64,000 bases of DNA from contig JBCCEF010000001.1 of assembly GCA_039030395.1 (NCBI GenBank), positions 417,315 to 481,314 on the forward strand. Direction: 5' to 3'. Below, one piece after another: positions 44,655 to 54,554 of this stretch. The notes under the pieces were generated by a model. It was not told the DNA's origin, did not search any database, and saw only the letters and a program-made list of their open reading frames with translations. The stretch comes from Acidobacteriota bacterium (GTDB taxonomy: Bacteria; Acidobacteriota; Thermoanaerobaculia; Multivoradales; JBCCEF01). The first letter of the stretch is position 1. Every line of letters starts with the position of its first letter. Position numbers and translations under genes: made by a program.

Positions 44655-46070
44655 ATGCTTGTTCGCTCCTTCACCAAGGTGCGCCGGTCGGCCCTTACTG
44701 CCTTTGCCTTGTTGGTGGGGACCGTCAGCGCGGCCGCCGCCCAGAGCCCTCCCACCCTGCCGCCGGAGGACTGCGTGCGGATGCTGCGGGAGGCCCGCTT
44801 CGAGACGGATCCCGCAGGCGAGCTAGCCCACCTGCGGGCGGCGCGCGAAGCGTTTCCGGACGAGATAGCGGTACTCGCCGCCCTGCTGGGCTACCACCAG
44901 CGTCACGCCCTGCCGGCAGCCGAGCACGCCGCGCTGGTAAAGGCCCTCGGTCACCGGGTGGAGAACCGGGACCTCCCTCTGCCGGTAGCCATGCTCGCCC
45001 AGGTGGCTCAAGACCGCCAGGTCGCCAAAGGGACCGCCGAACTCCTCGCCGAGCGCCTGGCATCCCGGATCGCCCGAACCGACGCGGCGCCGGAACCCGA
45101 GGCCCTCGGTCTCCTCGCCCGCTACCAAGCCCGCCTGGACGACCTCGAAGGCACCTTCGAGTCGCTTTCGCAACAGTGGGAACTGACCGGCGATCCGAAG
45201 GTGCGCTGGCAGTTGGCGACCGCCGCCGAGCGCCTGGAGCGCTGGTCCGTCGTTCTCGACCTGCTCGCAGAGATTCCGGACCGCACCGTCGCCCTCGAAC
45301 GGCGGTATCTGAAGGCTCTCGGCAAAGCCGGCTCCGCCGACCGTTTCCTCGCCGCCATCGACGCCCTGAGCGACCCAGCACCGGCCTCGGAGCCGCCGGC
45401 CGACCAGGCGGCGGAGCAGCCGATCAACCTCGATGAACTCTTCGGAATCGAACGTAGCGTTCCCGCCATCCTTCAACAGGCCGCCTGGGATCTGTGGGAT
45501 CGCGGCCTGGAAGCGGAGTCCGAGAGGGTCTTTCGCCGGCTCCTCTCCCTGCGGCCGAAATCCGAGGTCGCCAACGCCGCCATCCTCCACCTGTTCGCCA
45601 GCGACCAAGAGATCGTCGCCCGCACAGAGGCGGCCGAGGATCGGTGGGCGAAGGTGACCGACGCGCAATCCCTCTTCGACGAAGGCACCCGGCGCATGAC
45701 GACCGGCGATGCCGCCGGCGCCGTCGACCTGCTGCGGCGGGCCGCTCCCGGCCTGCCGGACCTGGAAGCCGCCTGGTACAACCTGGGAATGGCGAGCTTT
45801 CGCCTGGAGCAATGGGATGAGGCGGCGGGAGCCTTCGGCCGCGCCGCCCAGCTCAATCCACGGCGCGCCGAAGCCCACTACTTCCTGGGCCTCGCCCTCC
45901 ATCGCCTGGCTCGCTGCGGCGAGGCGGTCACCTCGCTGGAAAACGCCATCGGCCTCGCCCCCTCGCGCACCACGGCGCACTACTACCTCGCCGAGTGCTA
46001 CGCCACCCTCGGCGACGCGGCGGCGGCCAAGGCCCACCGCGACGCCTACGAAGCCTCGAAGGAACCCTGA
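44655..46070 (+). CDS. Secreted TPR-repeat protein
   Basis: Signal peptide. The C-terminal half has three canonical TPRs (AWYNLGMASFRLEQWDEAAGAFGRAAQLNP; AHYFLGLALHRLARCGEAVTSLENAIGLAP; AHYYLAECYATLGD). Confidence 0.65.
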   Translation: MLVRSFTKVRRSALTAFALLVGTVSAAAAQSPPTLPPEDCVRMLREARFETDPAGELAHLRAAREAFPDEIAVLAALLGYHQRHALPAAEHAALVKALGHRVENRDLPLPVAMLAQVAQDRQVAKGTAELLAERLASRIARTDAAPEPEALGLLARYQARLDDLEGTFESLSQQWELTGDPKVRWQLATAAERLERWSVVLDLLAEIPDRTVALERRYLKALGKAGSADRFLAAIDALSDPAPASEPPADQAAEQPINLDELFGIERSVPAILQQAAWDLWDRGLEAESERVFRRLLSLRPKSEVANAAILHLFASDQEIVARTEAAEDRWAKVTDAQSLFDEGTRRMTTGDAAGAVDLLRRAAPGLPDLEAAWYNLGMASFRLEQWDEAAGAFGRAAQLNPRRAEAHYFLGLALHRLARCGEAVTSLENAIGLAPSRTTAHYYLAECYATLGDAAAAKAHRDAYEASKEP

Positions 46071-47446
46071 TGAGCCGCAAACATCCCCTCGATCCCTCGA
46101 TCCTCGCCCGCAAGATGGCGATCATCCTGGCGCTCGGCCTCTCGGCCGGAGCCTTATGGAGCCCCGCTCCGATGGCGGCCCAGGACGCTCCGGGAGTGAA
46201 CCTCTCCCCGATGCTCATCGAGAGTTCGTCCCTCTACGCCCCGATGGAGGCATCCGGCACGGACATCCGCCCGGAGCTCAAGGTGCGGGTGCAGGTGAAT
46301 CCTCGCGGCAAGGTGTCCGAGGTGGAGATCTTGGGGATTCAGCCCACGACGGCCTACGACCACCTCTTCGTCGACCACACCCGCTCGCAGCTCTCCCGCT
46401 GGCGCTACGCTCCGGCGCTGGAGAACGGTGAACCCGTGGCAGCAACTCTCGAGTGGACCGTCTCCTACAAGAGCTTCGACGAAACCTCGCCGAGCCCGCC
46501 GCAGGTCCTGGGCGGAACCCACCTTTCGCCCTGGGCCACTTCCGAAGCGCAGTCGATCGCCGAGCTGGATCGCAGCGAACGCCTCGCCTTCCTGCGGCGC
46601 CACGCCGAGTACGCAGAAACCCTGCTCGATCCCCGTTACCGCTCGCGTTTCGATACTCCCCGGTTCACCGTGGTCACCGACGTGCCCGACGAGAAACTGG
46701 CCCGTCAGCTCGCCACCGAGATGGAATCGGTATTCAACGCCCTCGACGCCTTTGTCGGCGATCGCATTTCCCCGCGACCGCAGGACGGCAAGATCGCCGT
46801 CTTCGTGTTCGCCAACAAGGACCGCTCCAAGAAAGTTCGGCGGCAGCTACGGAGTGGGGATTCCATCGGCGGTACCTACTCCAAGTCGGGCCTGATGGTG
46901 CTGGACACGGACGTGCTGGATCCGGACTTCTTCCAGCGCATCTTGCTCTTCCAAACCACCCGCGCTTACCTCGACCGTCACCTCGAACGGCGAGGGGTTG
47001 TTCTGCCGGCGTGGATCGAACAGGGCTTCACCTGGTACATCAGTAACGCCCGGATCAAAGAGGGAGCGATCGTGCCGGGCAAGATCCAACCGAGCCGCTG
47101 GGCCCTGAGCCCCTTCGGCGGAGCCTACCGGGCACGGTCGCTGGCGGAGAGCGATCTGGATCGGGTGAAAGGGGCCGTGCGCGACGGCAGGGGGATCTCG
47201 CCCGCGGACCTACTGGACATCGACTCCCAGACCAACGCCGAGCGGCCGCGCCTCTACTTTCCCACCGCCTGGCTGTTCAGCCACTACCTGTGCCACGGCG
47301 AGAAAGACTGGTTCCACAAGGAGTTCCCGCGCTTCCTGCTCTACGCCGTTGAAGGCTACCCGGCGGACGTCGCCTTCGAGCAGGTCTACGGCCGGACTCC
47401 GGATCAGGTCGCCGAAGAGTTCGAGCGGTACGTGAAGCGGCTCTGA
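46070..47446 (+). CDS. Secreted hypothetical protein with an N-terminal TonB-C-like domain
   Basis: Start overlaps the TPR gene stop (TGATG). Signal peptide. Residues ~60-130 fit the TonB C-terminal pattern (KVRVQVNPRGKVSEVEILGI...SRWRYAPALENGEPVAATLEWTVSY). The C-terminal 300 aa were not recognised. Confidence 0.45.
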   Translation: MSRKHPLDPSILARKMAIILALGLSAGALWSPAPMAAQDAPGVNLSPMLIESSSLYAPMEASGTDIRPELKVRVQVNPRGKVSEVEILGIQPTTAYDHLFVDHTRSQLSRWRYAPALENGEPVAATLEWTVSYKSFDETSPSPPQVLGGTHLSPWATSEAQSIAELDRSERLAFLRRHAEYAETLLDPRYRSRFDTPRFTVVTDVPDEKLARQLATEMESVFNALDAFVGDRISPRPQDGKIAVFVFANKDRSKKVRRQLRSGDSIGGTYSKSGLMVLDTDVLDPDFFQRILLFQTTRAYLDRHLERRGVVLPAWIEQGFTWYISNARIKEGAIVPGKIQPSRWALSPFGGAYRARSLAESDLDRVKGAVRDGRGISPADLLDIDSQTNAERPRLYFPTAWLFSHYLCHGEKDWFHKEFPRFLLYAVEGYPADVAFEQVYGRTPDQVAEEFERYVKRL

Positions 47447-47452
47447 CGCCCC

Positions 47453-49522
47453 CTACGCCAGCACCGGCTCCTCCACCCGCGCGAACATCCCCGGAGTGTA
47501 GGCGGTGATCTTGCCGGTGAAAGCCGAGGCGGCGACGGTGAGGGGCGAGGCCAGGTACAGGCGGCCCGGGCCGGAGCGGCCCTTGTAGTTGCGGTTGATG
47601 GCGGAGACGGTCACCTGGTCGGGATTCTCGGAAACGCCGGGACCGCAGCCGATGCAGGCGCCGCAGCCGGGACGGATGAGAGTGACGCCGGCGCTCTCGA
47701 AGGTTTCGATCATCCCGCGCTCCCGACAGTGCCGCTCCACCGCTTCCGAACCGAACTGGATCAGGAAGCGCACCCCCTCGTGCACCCGGAGGCCGGCTTC
47801 GGACGCCTCTTCCGCCACCAGGTGGTAGAACTCCAGGTCGTCGATCTTGCCGGCGGTGCAGCTTCCGCCGTAGGCGATCTCGACGGCCACCTCCCCCATC
47901 TCCTCGATGAAGGCGCCGTTGGTGGGGTCCGACGGAATGCCCTGGTCTGGGTCCCCCGGATGGGCCACCATCGGCCGCATCGCCGACAGGTCCAGGGTGT
48001 GCACGCCGCCGGCGTACTCCGCCCCCGGATCCGGCGCCACGGTGCGGGCGCGTAGGCGCTCGATATCCACCTCCGGCCGCCACTCGGCAAGCCAGCGGAA
48101 GGTCTCCTCATCCGCCAGGCAGATGGCCGTGCGGGCGGCGCACTCCGTCGCCATGTTGGTCAAGGTGGCGCGCTCGTCCATCGACAGTTTGGACAATCCA
48201 GGACCGGTGAACTCCATCACCCGGTTCAGGGTTTTTTGGGGTTTGGCGTATTCGAGCAGGATGTAGAGCATCAGGTCCTTCGCCGTCACTCCCTCGGGCA
48301 GTTCACCCAACAGCTCGAAGCGGATCGACTCGGGTACCTCCACCTGGGTGAAGCCGGCGTAGATCAGGTTGGCGTACTCGGTGGCGCCCACTCCCCAGGT
48401 CAGCGCATTGTTCACCCCACCCATGCAGGTGTGGCTGTCCGTCGCCTGGATGAAATCGCCGGGCTCGATCAGCTCTTCCCGCGCCACCTCGTGGCAGATG
48501 CCCGGCGACACGTTGTCCGTGGCCGAGAAGTCCTGCGTCTCGGTGTGGCGCTGGAAATCCCGCTGGAGGTCCCGCAGGGTCTGGATCTTGCCGACGAAGG
48601 GACGCATTTTGGGCACGTCGTCGGCGTAGATCAGGTGGTCCTCGAACACCGCGAACTTGGCGGGATTCTTCACCCGGTAGTCGTCGCCGTATTCCTGCTC
48701 CAGGAAATAGTGCACCTGAGCCGTGGTGAACTCGTGGGAGTAGCCGCCGTCCACCTCCACCACCACCGCGTCGCCGGGCTTGACATAGCGCTGGCCCTCC
48801 TCGGCGCCTACCAGATGGCGGGCGAGGACCTTCTCGGCCATGGTCATCGGCCGCGGCCCGGTCGCTAGTTCCGGCAGATCGATCTCGCCCTTCGACAGCG
48901 CCTTCGAGAAGGAAAACAGGCCCCCCGAGCGCACCACACGCTGGGTGATCGGGTCATAGTCCCGATAGAACTCCTCCAGCGCAATGCCCTCGCCGCGCTG
49001 CAAGCGCGACAGCATCGAGTGGTCGCCCATCAGCACGCCCTGGTTGATGTTGTTGCGGGCGTGGATGGGGGCGAAAGAGGCGGCGATGGCGAGGCGAATG
49101 CCGCACCACTTCTCCGCCTGCACCGCCGTCTCCCGGGAGCTGCCCACGCCCTTGCGCAGGCCGGAGACGATCACCTCAAAATTGCCGTCCCGCAGCGAAT
49201 CGCGCTCGAACAGCCGCTCGCCGTCCACGATCAGGCCGGCATAGGCATCCCGCGCAATGTCCTCGGGCTTGTGCGAAAAGCACACCCAGGCGGGGGTCAT
49301 GGCATCCGTATTGATGTCGTCCAGCAAGTCGTCAACAGACAGAGAGTCCATCTGAAGATCCAGCTCCCCGGCAAGCTGCCGCCGGATGAGGTCCGGATCC
49401 TTGGTCAAAAACAAAACCCGCTTTCCGGGCGTCAAATGCAAAATCTCGGGAGGCTTCATGGCCGCTCCGATCGGAAAAATCGATGAGGTAAGAGGCCCGA
49501 CGGGAAAGGCCGGGAATGACAT
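47453..49522 (-). CDS. Aconitase-family (de)hydratase with LeuD-like swivel domain N-terminal to the LeuC-like catalytic domain
   Basis: The N-terminal half has the GVGSSRETA swivel motif. The C-terminal half has Fe-S cluster ligand motifs (SHTCMGG; GSCTAGKIDDL; PGCGACIGCGPG). The start may be the internal MKPPEILHL. Confidence 0.6.
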   Translation of the reverse strand: MSFPAFPVGPLTSSIFPIGAAMKPPEILHLTPGKRVLFLTKDPDLIRRQLAGELDLQMDSLSVDDLLDDINTDAMTPAWVCFSHKPEDIARDAYAGLIVDGERLFERDSLRDGNFEVIVSGLRKGVGSSRETAVQAEKWCGIRLAIAASFAPIHARNNINQGVLMGDHSMLSRLQRGEGIALEEFYRDYDPITQRVVRSGGLFSFSKALSKGEIDLPELATGPRPMTMAEKVLARHLVGAEEGQRYVKPGDAVVVEVDGGYSHEFTTAQVHYFLEQEYGDDYRVKNPAKFAVFEDHLIYADDVPKMRPFVGKIQTLRDLQRDFQRHTETQDFSATDNVSPGICHEVAREELIEPGDFIQATDSHTCMGGVNNALTWGVGATEYANLIYAGFTQVEVPESIRFELLGELPEGVTAKDLMLYILLEYAKPQKTLNRVMEFTGPGLSKLSMDERATLTNMATECAARTAICLADEETFRWLAEWRPEVDIERLRARTVAPDPGAEYAGGVHTLDLSAMRPMVAHPGDPDQGIPSDPTNGAFIEEMGEVAVEIAYGGSCTAGKIDDLEFYHLVAEEASEAGLRVHEGVRFLIQFGSEAVERHCRERGMIETFESAGVTLIRPGCGACIGCGPGVSENPDQVTVSAINRNYKGRSGPGRLYLASPLTVAASAFTGKITAYTPGMFARVEEPVLA

Positions 49523-49646
49523 ACCCGTGACATTCTAGCATCGGGAACTCTTGCATCGGCCGATGCGAAACCGGAACCGCGACTCACCCTGCGGTACAGT
49601 CCGCCACGGTCAGCCCCTCCACTCCCGAGCGACCCGAGACCGACCC

Positions 49647-52232
49647 GTGACCGCTTCCTCCACCCTCGCCGACCACCTTCCCGCCGACCGGCTCACCGAT
49701 CCGGACGAGATCCTCGTCCGTTTTCTGGACTGGGTCGGCGCCGTGGGGTTTGAGCTGTACGAGGCGCAGGAGGAAGCGATTCTGGAGTTGGTGGCCGGGC
49801 GGCACGTGATCCTGAACACCCCCACCGGTTCGGGCAAGTCGCTGGTGGCCCAGGCGCTTCACTTCAAGGCGGTGTGCGAGGGGCGAACATCGTTCTACAC
49901 CAGCCCGATCAAGGCGCTGGCGTCGGAGAAGTTCTTTTCTCTGTGCGACGACTTCGGAGCGGACCGGGTGGGGATGCTCACCGGCGACGCCTCGATCAAT
50001 CCGGAGGCGCCGATCCTGTGCTGCACCGCCGAGGTGCTGTCGAACATGGCGCTGCGGCGCGGCGAGGAGACGGACGCGCCCTATGTGGTGATGGACGAGT
50101 TCCACTACTACTCGGATCCGGAGCGCGGGGTGGCCTGGCAGGTGCCACTGATCACCTTGCCGCACACCACCTTCCTGCTGATGTCCGCCACCCTCGGCAA
50201 CACGGCGCCGATCGCCGAGCGGCTGGAGGAGACCACCGGTCGCAAGGCTTCGCATGTGAGTTCCGACGAGCGACCGGTGCCGCTCGACTTCGACTACCGG
50301 GACACACCGCTGACCGAGACGGTGCAGGAGCTTCTCGATGCCGGCAAGGCGCCGATCTACATCGTCAACTTCACCCAGCGCGAGTGCGCCGAGCTGGCCC
50401 AGAGCTTGACGTCTTTGAAGCCCGCCGCCCGGGAGGAGCGCGACATGGTGTGGGAGGCCTTGGGCGATTTCCGCTTCGACACGCCCTACGGCAAAGAGCT
50501 GAAGCGCTTTCTCGGCTTCGGAGTCGGCGTGCACCACGCCGGGCTGCTGCCCAAGTACCGGCTGACGGTGGAGCAGCTCGCCCAGCAGAGTCTCCTCAAA
50601 GTGATTTGCGGCACGGACACCCTCGGCGTGGGGGTGAACGTTCCCATCCGCACGGTGCTCTTTACCAAGCTGGCGAAGTACGACGGCCAGAAGGTGGGCA
50701 TTCTCTCGGTGCGCGACTTCCAGCAGATCGCCGGCCGCGCCGGCCGCCGCGGCTTCGACGAGCGCGGCAGCGTGGTGGCTCAGGCACCAGAACACATCAT
50801 CGAGAAAGCGCGCATCGAGCGCAGCGACGCCAGCGCCAAGGCCAAGCGCAAGAAGTTGGCGAAGAAGAAAGGTCCCGGCAAGGGCGACGTGTCCTGGACG
50901 AAGGAGACCTTCGAAAGCCTGATGAACCGGCCGCCGGAGATGCTCCAGTCGCGCTTCCGCATCACCCACGGCATGGTGCTGGATCTGGTGCAGCGGGACG
51001 CCGCCCTCGACGACCCGGAGCGCGGCAACTTCACCTCCATCCGCGAGCTGGTCGCCGCCAGCCACGAAGACGACGGCTCGAAGCGCCAACACCTGCGAGA
51101 CGCCGCCGAGCGCATCCGCTCCCTGGGACGGGCCGGCGTCCTCACGATGCAGCGCGACACGGACACCGACTACCTGTGGGCGGTGGTGGACGAGGAGCTC
51201 CAGGAGAATTTCTCCCTCCACCAGGTACTCTCCCTGTATCTAGTGGAAGCCCTCGGCACGCTGGATCCCGAAGAGCCCGAGTACCCGGTGCTGGTGTTGA
51301 CCTTCGTCGAAGCGATTCTGGAAGATCCCCGGGCGGTGCTCTACAAGCTCCAGGACAGGGCGCGCGAAGAGGCCGTGATGCGCATGAAGGCGGAGGGCGT
51401 CGACTACGACGAGCGCATGGAACGGCTGGAGGAGATCACCCACCCGAAGCCCGACGCCGAGCGCATCTACCAGACCTTCAACGCCTTCCGCGAGATCCAT
51501 CCCTGGGTGCGCGGCGAGGCGATCAAGCCGAAGGCCGTCGGGCGGGAGATGTTCGAGCAGTACATGTCCTTCGCGGACTTCGTGCGCCGCTACGGCCTGG
51601 CCCGCAGCGAAGGCGTGCTGCTGCGCTACCTGTCGCAGCTCTACAAGACCCTCGCCCAGAGCGTGCCGGAAAAGTACAAGACCGAAGGGGTGCTCGACGT
51701 GCAAAGTTTCTTCCGCACCATGATCGAGCGGGTGGACACCAGCCTGATCGAGGAGTGGGAAAGCCTGATGCACCCGGAGCTGGTGTACGACGCCACCGGT
51801 GAGCACGCCGAAGAGCGCGTCAAGGCAAAGGAAGAACTCCGCCTCTACGAGCTGTTCCACGATCCCAAGGCCTTCACCGCGCGGGTGCGCGCCGAGCTGC
51901 ACCACCTGGTGCGCGCCCTGTCGCAGGAGGATTGGGAAGCCGCCGCCGGCTGCGTGAAGAGTGCCGACCCGGAAGAACCCTGGACCGCCGAGCGCTTCGA
52001 AGAGACCCTCGCCTTCTTCCTGGCGGACTACGAAGAGATCCTCTTCACGCCGGACGCCCGCCAGGCCCACTGGACCCGTATCGAAGCCGAAGGCCCGCGC
52101 CGGTGGAAGGTGGAACACACCCTGATCGATCCCGAAGGCGACAACTTCTGGCACCTCGCCGGCGAGGTCGATCTGCGCGATGAAGAGAGCCTCGACGGGC
52201 CGCTGATCCGGCTGGTGCGTATCGGGGAGTGA
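49647..52232 (+). CDS. DEAD/DEAH-box (Ski2/Lhr-like) helicase with a long C-terminal extension (DUF3516-like)
   Basis: Walker A TPTGSGKSLVA and DEAD-like VMDEFHY. Shows SAT and helicase-C motifs. A ~350-aa C-terminal helical domain follows. A GTG start at 49647 is proposed (the track ORF starts at 49551). Confidence 0.6.
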   Translation: MTASSTLADHLPADRLTDPDEILVRFLDWVGAVGFELYEAQEEAILELVAGRHVILNTPTGSGKSLVAQALHFKAVCEGRTSFYTSPIKALASEKFFSLCDDFGADRVGMLTGDASINPEAPILCCTAEVLSNMALRRGEETDAPYVVMDEFHYYSDPERGVAWQVPLITLPHTTFLLMSATLGNTAPIAERLEETTGRKASHVSSDERPVPLDFDYRDTPLTETVQELLDAGKAPIYIVNFTQRECAELAQSLTSLKPAAREERDMVWEALGDFRFDTPYGKELKRFLGFGVGVHHAGLLPKYRLTVEQLAQQSLLKVICGTDTLGVGVNVPIRTVLFTKLAKYDGQKVGILSVRDFQQIAGRAGRRGFDERGSVVAQAPEHIIEKARIERSDASAKAKRKKLAKKKGPGKGDVSWTKETFESLMNRPPEMLQSRFRITHGMVLDLVQRDAALDDPERGNFTSIRELVAASHEDDGSKRQHLRDAAERIRSLGRAGVLTMQRDTDTDYLWAVVDEELQENFSLHQVLSLYLVEALGTLDPEEPEYPVLVLTFVEAILEDPRAVLYKLQDRAREEAVMRMKAEGVDYDERMERLEEITHPKPDAERIYQTFNAFREIHPWVRGEAIKPKAVGREMFEQYMSFADFVRRYGLARSEGVLLRYLSQLYKTLAQSVPEKYKTEGVLDVQSFFRTMIERVDTSLIEEWESLMHPELVYDATGEHAEERVKAKEELRLYELFHDPKAFTARVRAELHHLVRALSQEDWEAAAGCVKSADPEEPWTAERFEETLAFFLADYEEILFTPDARQAHWTRIEAEGPRRWKVEHTLIDPEGDNFWHLAGEVDLRDEESLDGPLIRLVRIGE

Positions 52233-52380
52233 TCCGCCGTCTCACTTTGTGCCATCTGCTACATTCCATTCGGATTAACTTGGTTTCTATCTAGCCAACG
52301 GCGGAACCCCTGGGCTCCCAATAGAACCCGTTTTCGTCAGATCGTGAAAGCCGCCCAGGAGAGGGGAGGAAAGGAGCACC

Positions 52381-53124
52381 ATGGCTCCCGAGGAATCGTA
52401 TGTTCCCGGCACCGAACATCCAGTAGAGGTGGCAGAGGCACCACCGGCGGAATCCATTGACGACATCGCGCGCCAGAGGGGTCATCGGCTAACGGGCCTA
52501 CTGATCGCCAACCTAGTCGTCGGCTCGCTAGGAGTCCTGACGGGCCTGGTTCAATGGGTCCTGGTTGCGGGCATCCGGGAGGGAAGGGACTTCTCCAATC
52601 ATCTCCTCACCGTCTCCGACTGGACGTCTATCGGCATCGACCTGATCCAAGGCGTTCTCTTTCTGGTCACCGCAATCTTCTGGCTGCGATGGCTCCATGC
52701 CTCGTACAAAGCGCTGGAGCGAAGACAAGGCGAAGCGTTGAGATTCACGCCGGGATGGGCTGTCGGTTATTGGTTCATCCCGCTGGTCAACCTCCTGCGA
52801 CCGTACCAGGTCATGGAGGAACTGCGAGCCCAAAGCCAGTCGATCACCGACGAACCCTTCGCCAAAGCCCAGGCTTCCACTATCGGATTCTGGTGGGTTC
52901 TGTGGGTGGCTAGTCACTTCGTCAACCGAACGGATACTCGACTCGCCCTCCGTGCGGAGACCTTTGAGCAGATCACCTTTTCGACCGTCTTCAGCATCGG
53001 TGCCGACGCCCTGATGCTCGGACTGACCGCCATCGCACTCATGGTGATTCGGCATCTGGTCGCACTCCAGCTCCAATGGCAGCCGTTCGAAGAGGACATC
53101 GCGCTCGAGGTCGACAACGATTGA
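52381..53124 (+). CDS. DUF4328-like membrane protein
   Basis: Four TM helices. Motif GWAVGYWFIPLVNLLRPYQVMEEL. The family assignment is from memory. Confidence 0.4.
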   Translation: MAPEESYVPGTEHPVEVAEAPPAESIDDIARQRGHRLTGLLIANLVVGSLGVLTGLVQWVLVAGIREGRDFSNHLLTVSDWTSIGIDLIQGVLFLVTAIFWLRWLHASYKALERRQGEALRFTPGWAVGYWFIPLVNLLRPYQVMEELRAQSQSITDEPFAKAQASTIGFWWVLWVASHFVNRTDTRLALRAETFEQITFSTVFSIGADALMLGLTAIALMVIRHLVALQLQWQPFEEDIALEVDND

Positions 53125-53199
53125 CGAGCCAACACTAGGTCGAACAGAAAACCCAGACGTTCGTCTTCTTCCTCAGGGCCGGCCCGCTAGAATCCCGGC

Positions 53200-54483
53200 A
53201 TGCGCAATTCATACCGGATTCTCGCCTTTGTCCTCGTCTTCATCGCTGGAGTCCCGGCTTTGGCCGGTACCGAGGGCATCCCCCTCCTCGTCACCGTCGA
53301 CGATCTGCCGATGTCCGGCAGCCTCCATCGAGATCCCGAGGAGCGTCTGCGCCTCACCCGGGAGATGCTCGCCGCCCTCGAACGGCACGCCGTTCCGGCC
53401 GTCGGCTTTGTCAACTGGGGCCGCCTGCAGGAGGGGGACGAGGCGGTGCTCGCGGCCTGGCTCGAGGCCGGTCATGAGCTGGGCAATCACACCGCCAACC
53501 ATCCGAGCCTGCACCGGTTGACGGCGGCAGAATTCATCGCCGACGCCGAGGCCGGTCGCGCGGGGCTGGCGGAGTTTCTGCGTCAGCGCGATCCCGCATC
53601 GACGGTGCGCTTTTTTCGTTTTCCCTACCTGCGCGAAGGTGACAGCCAAGCGAAACTCGACGCCGTGCGGGCCTACCTGGACGAATCCGGCCAACGTAAT
53701 GTGCCGGTGACCCTGGACAACCAGGACTGGAGTCTCGCCCTTCCTTGGCTGGAGGCCGGCGACGACGAGACCGCGCAGGGCCGTATCGCCGAGTCGTACC
53801 ACGAGTCGATGCACGTCTCGATTCGCTCCCAATGGAAACTCTCCGAGCGCCTCTTCGACCGCCCGGTGCCCCAGGTATTGCTGCTCCACGCCATGGCGGT
53901 GAGCGGCGCGCAGTGGGATCGGTTGTTCGAGTGGCTCAAGGAGAAGGGCTACCGCTTTGCCGCAGCGGACGAGGTGCTGGCCGATCCGGTGTTCGCCGAA
54001 GCGCCGGGCTACGTTGGATCCCACGGACCGGGCCTTTGGCACCGGGAGCAGCACGAGCGCCGCAAGGCCGAGGCGGTGGCCGAAATCAAGACCTTCCTCC
54101 TCGAACAGGCCGAGGCCTGGAATCGCGGCGACCTGGTGACCTTCGCCGACTCCTACGCCGAAGATGCGCTCTTCGTCTCGCCCACCGGCCTCACCCGCGG
54201 CCGGGCGGAGGTGCTGGCGCGCTATCAGCGGCGCTACCCGGACGGCAAGGCGATGGGGCACCTCACCTTCGAGTTCCTCTCCGTTGAGCCGGTCACCGGC
54301 ACAGAGGTCTCCCTCCTCGGCGACGCCGTGCCGAGCGCCGTCCACGGCGCCACGGTGGTGGCCCGTTGGATGCTCGGCTACCCGGACGAGTACGAACGGG
54401 AAGACGCCTCGGGACTGACCCTGATCGTGCTGCGGCGGAAGACCGGTGGAGGATGGGAGGTCACCGAGGACGCCTCGATGTAG
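53200..54483 (+). CDS. Polysaccharide deacetylase (NodB homology) fused to a C-terminal SnoaL/NTF2-like (DUF4440-like) domain
   Basis: Signal peptide. NodB motifs TVDDLP, GNHTANHP. The C-terminal domain is ...AWNRGDLVTFADSYAEDALFVSPTG... Confidence 0.65.
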   Translation: MRNSYRILAFVLVFIAGVPALAGTEGIPLLVTVDDLPMSGSLHRDPEERLRLTREMLAALERHAVPAVGFVNWGRLQEGDEAVLAAWLEAGHELGNHTANHPSLHRLTAAEFIADAEAGRAGLAEFLRQRDPASTVRFFRFPYLREGDSQAKLDAVRAYLDESGQRNVPVTLDNQDWSLALPWLEAGDDETAQGRIAESYHESMHVSIRSQWKLSERLFDRPVPQVLLLHAMAVSGAQWDRLFEWLKEKGYRFAAADEVLADPVFAEAPGYVGSHGPGLWHREQHERRKAEAVAEIKTFLLEQAEAWNRGDLVTFADSYAEDALFVSPTGLTRGRAEVLARYQRRYPDGKAMGHLTFEFLSVEPVTGTEVSLLGDAVPSAVHGATVVARWMLGYPDEYEREDASGLTLIVLRRKTGGGWEVTEDASM

Positions 54484-54554
54484 ACCAGACTTGTGACAGC
54501 TTCGAAATACCGGTTGGAACCGGCGGCGGGTTCGTGCGAGCATAGGAATCGACC

